Shown here: positions 56,353 to 64,000 of the stretch, piece by piece
How the letters are laid out: every line of letters begins with the position of its first letter
Numbering within the stretch: position 1 is the stretch's first letter
From: Eledone cirrhosa
Lineage: Eukaryota
NCBI GenBank assembly: GCA_964016885.1
Contig: OZ024742.1
Coordinates: 111,538,001 to 111,602,000, forward strand
Direction: 5' to 3'
Length of the DNA stretch: 64,000 nucleotides
Notes under the pieces: model-generated
The model's input: only the letters and a program-made list of their open reading frames with translations
Database searches by the model: none
Told to the model about the DNA's origin: nothing
Translations under genes and position numbers: made by a program

Positions 56353-57820
56353 TAAAGAATTAGTATATCTACCAACATATATATACAGATACATACCTAT
56401 GCTAGCAAATATATAGGTTTTGTCTTAGTAACTTTGTGGTTCAATGCACGGGGATGCAGAACAATAATATGAAAGACGTAAAATAAGAAAATTATAAAAA
56501 TTAACTTACTTACTAACATTTCACTCCAACTAATTAGTTTTTGAAAGTGAATAAACATGATTTCCAAATGGAACAACATGGGGAAAATCCTTTCGTCATC
56601 CGGGAAGTCTATTCTCAGCTAAGTTCCCAGGCAATGCGTGGACACAGAGAACTTATACAAAAATAATTCAGTGGATGGAAAAAAGCAAAGCGTGGACTAA
56701 GTTCCACGACATTGAAAAAATCACTGCCTACTTGGTCGGTGGCAAATTCAAAAGAATCAATCACGTGACATCGAGGTCAATCAGTGAGGAGTGGTGTGTT
56801 AATCAGACAGCAGCCGAACCATTGCTATGAACTATAGCAGCAGTTTTGGCAAATTTTTGCTCAACAAAATAATTTGGAGTTAATTATAAAGAATTAGTAT
56901 ATCTACCAACATATATATACAGATGCATACCTATGTTAGCAAATATATAGGTTTTGTCTTAGTAACTTTGTGGTTGAATCCATGGGGATGCAGAACAATA
57001 ATATGAAAGACATAAAATAAGAAAATTATAAAAATTAACATACTTACTAAAATTTCACTCCAACTAATTAGTTTCTGAAAGGGAATAAACATGGTTTCCG
57101 AATGGAACAACATGGAGAAAATCCTTTCGTCAACAGGGAAGTCTATTCTCAGCTAAGTTCCCAGGCAATGCCTGGACACAGGGAACTTATACGAAAATAA
57201 TTAAGTGGATGGAAAAAAACAAAGCGTGGACTAAGTTCCAAGATATTGAAAAAAGTAAGTTAATTTTTATAATTTTCTTATTTTACGTCTTTCATATTAT
57301 TGTTCTGCATCCCCTTGCATTGAACCACAAAGTTACTAAGACAAAACCTCTATATTTGCTAGCATAGGTATGCATCTGTATATATATGTTGGTAGATATA
57401 CTAATTCTTTATAATTATTTCAAATTATTTTGTTGAGCAAAAATTTGCCAAAACTGCTGCTATAGTTCATAGTAATGGTTCGGCTGCTGTCTTATTTACA
57501 CACCACTCCTCACTGATTAACCTCGATGTCACGTGATTGATTATTTTGAATTTGCCACCGACCAAGTAGGCAGTGATTTTTTCAATGTCTTGGAACTTAG
57601 TCCACGCTTTGCTTTTTTCCATCCACTGAATTATTTTTGTATAAGTTCCCTGTGTCCACGCATTGACTGGGAACTTAGCTGAGAATAGACTTCTCTGATG
57701 ACGAAAGGATTTTCCCCATGTTGTTCCATTGGGAAACCATGTTTATTCCCTTTCAGAAAGTAATTAGTTGGAGTGAAATTTTAGTAAGTAAGTTAATTTT
57801 TATAATTTTCTTATATTACG

Positions 57821-57828
<8 letters not shown>
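56353..57828. repeat. ~534-bp unit in tandem (56353-57254) followed by an inverted copy (57255-57828), embedded in (TA)n
   Basis: taaagaattagtatatctacc recurs at 56353 and 56887, and its reverse complement lies near 57390-57411. Confidence 0.9.
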
Positions 57829-57919
<91 letters not shown>

Positions 57920-60900
57920 CACAAACAGGCACATATACACACATTATTACGTTTCTATATAAGTACAATGATTTTGTCACCAGTTACCCCCAAGATAACC
58001 TATTTTGTCACAGCATCCTATGATTGCTTTAACAAAACTATTCATTTTCGAAGCCATATCAGACAGACATTTAACAGCAACCAATTGCATTCGGGCGAAT
58101 TACAAACAACTGCAAAATTACACAATGCTGATATTCTAAAAATATCCAGAGATTTGTTTTATGGGTGATTGCAAATATCATCCGTAAATGACGTTATTCA
58201 AAGTATTTCGAGAAGAATATATGTTTATAAAATATCACAGTGAATACGTTACTACAGGCCAACGTCAGGCTGTATAACTATGGCGAATCATCACGTAAAA
58301 ATATATTTAAATGTATATTCCAGTAAACGTAATAGACGTAGTGTAGGGTATGACACTTTGTTTTAGTTTTTTATTTAATACGCAAAAATTAATTAAATTT
58401 AACACGCAAAACTTAATTAAATTTAAAAAAAAGGCAAATGTGTTAATGATATATGATTACTTAAATCTAAAGTCAGAGCGTAGAACAGAATGAAGTTTAA
58501 ATAAATGAAATATAAACTTTCGAGTGTTTTTGCATTGCTTGGAGTTCCTACTGAAATTGTAGCTTCTGCACCCTTATTTCTGCTTGAGTATCTCTGTCAT
58601 ATGACTACATTTAGTTCTCTAGCCACATATATATATATTGAATACAAAACCGATTCTCGTTTATACTTACGCCATTACCTGTAACATTACACAATATATT
58701 ACTGATTCGATAAAGAAAACGTTCATATATATACATTGACATACTCTAAGTAAATCAGCTGAATTACCCATGCTATCCCTAATTATCAACTGTGTAACAG
58801 TGGTTGCAATGTGTGTACTTATAACGCCACCCAAACAAAGTTGTCGAATAGTTGATGTAGACAAAGTTTCAAAATTAATTGCAGATCAATTGATGTTGTA
58901 ATTATGAGCGCGTATATTCCTTCCGGACAATCTAAGAACTATCATAAACACAGTCCAAATGTATAGGATTTCCATTCATTGTTACACAAATCAATATCAA
59001 TATAATTCAATATATAATCTTAGAATTACATCAAACATATAATGATTAAACCATTAAATTAGATAGGCAACACATATACAAATCGTTAAGCCTCAGGCTC
59101 ATAGCTTTTCCAGCAGCTGTAATCGTTAATTAGTACACTGAGCAACACTATTTCCAAGACACATTTCCCTATAGTGATAACAACTACAATATCAAGTTGC
59201 TCACATTTCCTAACATAGAGTTTTCATATAAAACTTTCGGAACACGTGTTTTATTGTAAATATGATATATGTTTGCATTTCATATATTTTATTACTTAAT
59301 CATTACATTCATGTACGGATTGAGGATATAGATTAATACTACTAGTAGCGTTAAACAAAGGCATAGATGTTGGGTTGTTCAAATGCTATCTATATGCCAC
59401 GAAATGTACGAACATTTGTCAAGGTGATTTGTCAAGGTGATTAACCATTTTAACACATATATCTAGAAGGCTTTGCAACGAACTATAGGAATAACCTCGG
59501 ACAAAGAAGGGAACATTTCGCAATGCATATACAATAAGTTGATGACGTAGGCATAGTTCTATTTTGCCATTCGAAACCTCTTATATGTTGCGATAGATGA
59601 TTGTTGAGATCATAAATGTTAAGAAAGCCTAGGTTAATAACAGGCTTAGTTCCTTGACTATAATGTCACGCAAAAATAAAACAACTTGAGATCATAAACA
59701 TGCATACGGAAAAGTCTTCTCTAATTGCCGTTCTGGTCCAGTTGTATTTAAAGAAACAGGCGGTTAGTCTTCTGTGCATTCCAGCATTCTCCACATCTTT
59801 GATGATGTCATTGATACTGTATAAGAAAAAACAAAATACTGATCTTGCCTGGAGAAATTGACGTACCATGCGTTTCTCCAGAGCCTGTTGAGATACGAAC
59901 GCATCCTTTTTGAGGTTTTACTTAATTGAACAAATCCAATCCCATTGACTCTTTTCTCTTATCTATCTAACACTCAAAGTATGAAATGCAACCTCTACGT
60001 TCATAGCATTTCAAATGGGAATACAGATACAAAGAGAAAAGAACATCCTTCTTTCTATCCAACATTCTATTGTCTATACGTTTGGTATAATATTTAACAA
60101 TTTGTTTTCATATATAATAACATGGTTCGCTATTCTACGTGAGAGGCAACAAATATATTTATTAAAACAAACAAATTAAAATAATAAGGATTCAAAAGAG
60201 ATGGAATGATACTATGTTGTAAATTCGAACCCATGCATTCGAATATCTCATTACTTGAGAAATGTCACCATTGATCGAAAGGTTTTCTCGACAGTAGTAA
60301 ATGTATTTCATTTATGTCGCCAATGTCGCTAAATTCCGTTCAAAATTGATAAATGTAATACTATGAAATTTATTACACTATGAATGTATGCATACGTACA
60401 TCAATGCATTAGATAAAGTACATGTGTGTACAAAATATAATAACCTATTAACCGCATTACAAATAATTTTACGATGTTTCGTATCGCCTAACAACTTTAA
60501 TGTTTGTATATACATTTTTAAAAAAAAGGTATCGCATTACAGAACATTGTATGATCTATGGGCTTCAAAGCATCATAGCTATTATTTATCCTTTTTACCA
60601 TATAATATTCTATGCTTTATATACTAGAATTTCTCTCTACAAGAATGACCCATGAACATTTATGATATGTTGGAACGCCATCAAATAATTAAACACAGTA
60701 TCGAAAGATTCCCCCTCGCCTTATTATACTAATGAGCAGAAGACTACATGATAATTTAGAAAACTTAATGTGACATGAAACATAACCCGTTTGATATAAC
60801 TCATTGTCGAAACCTAATTCTCTTTATTTTAGTTTAACGCTATAAAACCTTTCTAAAGTAACTAGTAAACTTAAAATATCCTGCTTAGTTGTTCAATTGT

Positions 60901-62099
60901 GAGTTTCTGTATATAAATGAAACTGATTTCTCGTTTGATCAGACGAATTGTTTCGCCGACATTTTCCATTAAGCATATCTGAAAGTCGGCAATTTAAAAT
61001 AGCGTTGCGATAGATGATCGTTTAGGCCATAAATGTTAAGAAAGCTCAAGTTAATAACATGCTTAGTTCCTGGACTATAGGCGCACCGAAAATAGCACAA
61101 CTTGATATGATAATAAAACAAGCTGTCACAAGTAGCATTTCACATCAACTGTTTATGACATTATCTCTATAATTTTATCATTTCATATAATTTCTGTTAT
61201 GAGAAGTCAAATCATATGAAAGAAAATAAAAGGAGAATGTTCAGAAGGATACCTGCTAATGAAAGTGTTGAAACGATTTCTGACAGTTAATCACATAGTA
61301 AAGATATACTAAGGTCAGAAAGAAATATTTATTCTTCATTTATCGGAAAACCTGAGAGGTGTTACAGTTTATTGAGCTGATATCTATTGACGAAATTCTT
61401 TATCAGTGGATATTTAACTTGATATTATTTTAATTTAGGCAATTCCAATAATACAGGATTTCTAAGAATATCTCGTCTAAGTCTCTAATTTACGTCTATG
61501 CATATTTTATGTTAAAAACCTTTATATTTATGAATATTTCATGAGATATTTATTTTAGTATTACACTAAAATATAAAAATATGTCAGAATACATTATTTG
61601 GACTAATGAGTAAATAATATTTTTGCATGTCTTACAATTCAAAGAAATGTTAATAAATGCGGTCTTAAAACGACGGAAAATATCAAAATACAAAGCTGAT
61701 TGTTGGGCAGTAGCATCAGATTTCATTCAGAATATAACGAAGTTCCTGAAAGATGTCTTGTGAGTTACATATTTCAAATGAGATAATAAGAGTTCCAGAC
61801 ATTCCAGAAAAAGATCGTGATAGTGGAGTGTCGAATCGAATGAGGAACAAGTTTTGCAAAGGTAAACGTTAGTATACCAAATGATAGACAATGGGATATG
61901 GTAAACAAGCATTACATTAGTCACCGTAGAACAAACACTGCAACTTAAAATAAAAAAAAATAGTATAATTCATCCCCTACAACACGTAAACACTCATATG
62001 TACACACGCGCTGTGGTTACGTGTTGTAGGGGTAGGTATATATATATAAAATTCTAAAGTTTGTCTTAAGCCAGAAGGCTCATCAAGACTCCCTGTTGA

Positions 62100-62830
62100 T
62101 TTTCATTCCAATTAATTATAAATTTCCGGTTGGTTGTTTCAATTATGTCCATTACTCTTTCTGCTATGCTACGGGTTGTTTCAACTACGTATGTAGTGTT
62201 CTTATTTTTGCACTTTCCCTCAGTACATCTTATACTATATACTACCTTCCTAGTCTTGCAGTTTGTGGGCTAAATGTGCAGACTATGCATTTCCTATCAG
62301 TGAAGAGCGCGTTTTGAAACGGATATATTCTACTAATTGTGGAATTTATTAGAATACCTTGTCTTTCAAACATCTTAATATTTAAATATTTGCTTTTCTA
62401 GAGCCCTTCTAAATCTGTAAGCTAGTTCGACTCTGTGATTTGCATTGACGAACATTACCCTCTGATATCCAATGCTACCATACCATGAGTTGATTTTATT
62501 AGTCCTTTTCTTAATGCTTTCTATTGTACTCCACAAATTGCTCCTATACATGGGGTAAGTCCCATTTTCATAATTTTCTACAATCTTTGCCCAGTTGATC
62601 CTGGCTCCTTTATATACACTCATCTTGTCTATCTGAGTGTAGCGAGAGGGCTGTATGCGGTGGATGAAGTGTTGTATGTGTCTCTATAATTCTTTAGAAT
62701 TGCACATGCGGGACACATTCCTCATCACTAAATCCACAATCAGTATGTTGACTTTTATGTTATTCGAAACGGCTCAGTTACGGTGGATCAGGTGCTTGGA
62801 GCTCATGGGTTTTGCATTAAGTAAACAAGG
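62100..62830 (-). pseudogene. Decayed PLE (RT thumb/linker + GIY-YIG)
   Basis: NGTYPMYRS.LW...K..K..SWY...GY..VMFV, then NCKTRKVVYSIRC..KC....YVVETTRSIAER. Confidence 0.7.
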
Positions 62831-63047
62831 AATACGTCACAGGCGTAAAGTAAATGGTACTTGTTTGTTGTTTATATTCTTTTTCTCTGCCCTTTGTTTC
62901 TACCTGTGTACTAACAAAATAGTGTTGCTATCACAGAAATAAATTGTCTGATGAGTCAAAACATCGAGTAAAAGGACTATAACCTTTTAGAAACAATAAA
63001 TCCATTTCAGAATGATAAGTACTATGACATTTCATTCCATTCTTCTT

Positions 63048-63051
<4 letters not shown>

Positions 63052-63146
<95 letters not shown>

Positions 63147-63175
63147 CTCTCTCTCTTTCTCTTTCTCTCTCTCTA
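63052..63175. repeat. (CT)n microsatellite
   Basis: Direct reading. Confidence 0.97.
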
Positions 63176-64000
63176 ACTCCCTTTCACTTATTTCCTCTAA
63201 CAATACACCTGTTAGAAAAAGTAACATCTCCTAAACAAAATTTTCCTATTAGGAAAAAACAACACGTTTATTAGTATGGACATTGCGACACTCAATCTGG
63301 GTAAAATATAGTGGCTGGAATTATTTTCCTGGATTAATACTGGATTAATTTTGCTGGAATTATAATGCTGGATTGTAGAAAAATATCGATAGCAAACAAA
63401 AGTAAAATACATCTAAATAAAGAGTGCAAAAAATCATAGGCGTTGCTAGACAATTTTTTAATTTTCCTGGGATATTGTATAAAATAATCCAATATATCCA
63501 GATGACTATGTTCTTATTTTCATTTGCATGAAACTAATATATTCAATTTACGTAACTAGAAGTCTTGTTTCATGACATTATGAAATGCAAATAACTAAAA
63601 AAAATACTGAGAAAAATTTGTAATATAAATAATTATTCACATCATGATAGATTAAATATTTCTGTATTCCTTTGCAATACGAAACAGATTTAGTTGTTTG
63701 AATATCGTTAAAGTATTAGTAGAACAATCCATCAAAATGAAGCTTTATGTTTGTCACACAAAGAACTAATCTTCGCGAAAAATAATCACAAAACAGAAAT
63801 TGTTACTGCATCATATATGTTTACCGTTATTAAAATAGCAAAACAAGATTATATTTATGGTCTTCTAACGAGTTTATAAAATATTTCGAAAAGCTATTTT
63901 TATTTTGTGGTATGTGTTAAATTGAAAACTAGTATCAATGGATCTATGTTAGTTTAGTATTTATCATACAGTATTTTATGAAAAAATTGTTCTGTGTTGC

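Noticed and set aside
62942-62985. CTGATGA...AAAAGGACTA motif
   Set aside because: GAAA is mutated and the stems are poor

Overview
This is AT-rich, microsatellite-dense eukaryotic DNA with no confidently identifiable intact host gene. The SINE and microsatellite profile resembles a coleoid cephalopod (inference). It is a graveyard of retroelements. The window opens with three tandem copies of an R4/Dong-like RLE-endonuclease LINE sitting in (CATA)n. It also holds at least seven Penelope-like element (PLE) remnants, five of them of the C-terminal GIY-YIG type with a DKT motif and CxCx5C linker (Hydra-clade-like), bounded mostly by (TA)n. Other elements include eight copies of one tRNA-type SINE and decayed RTE, Helitron and Tc1/mariner fragments. 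The most striking unannotated layer is RNA structure: more than a dozen type I hammerhead ribozyme motifs. Most sit in a repeated fold-back architecture of 0.7-8.6 kb: (TA)n, an inverted copy of the 3' end, the element body, a hammerhead, a 40-130 nt tail, then usually (TA)n. One family has an unusual 107-116 nt stem II with compensatory changes, and its inverted arm breaks at the same point in two independent insertions. Most short ORFs in the track (YIYIY, CVCV, THTH) are microsatellite artefacts. All structure and family calls were made by eye, without database searches.
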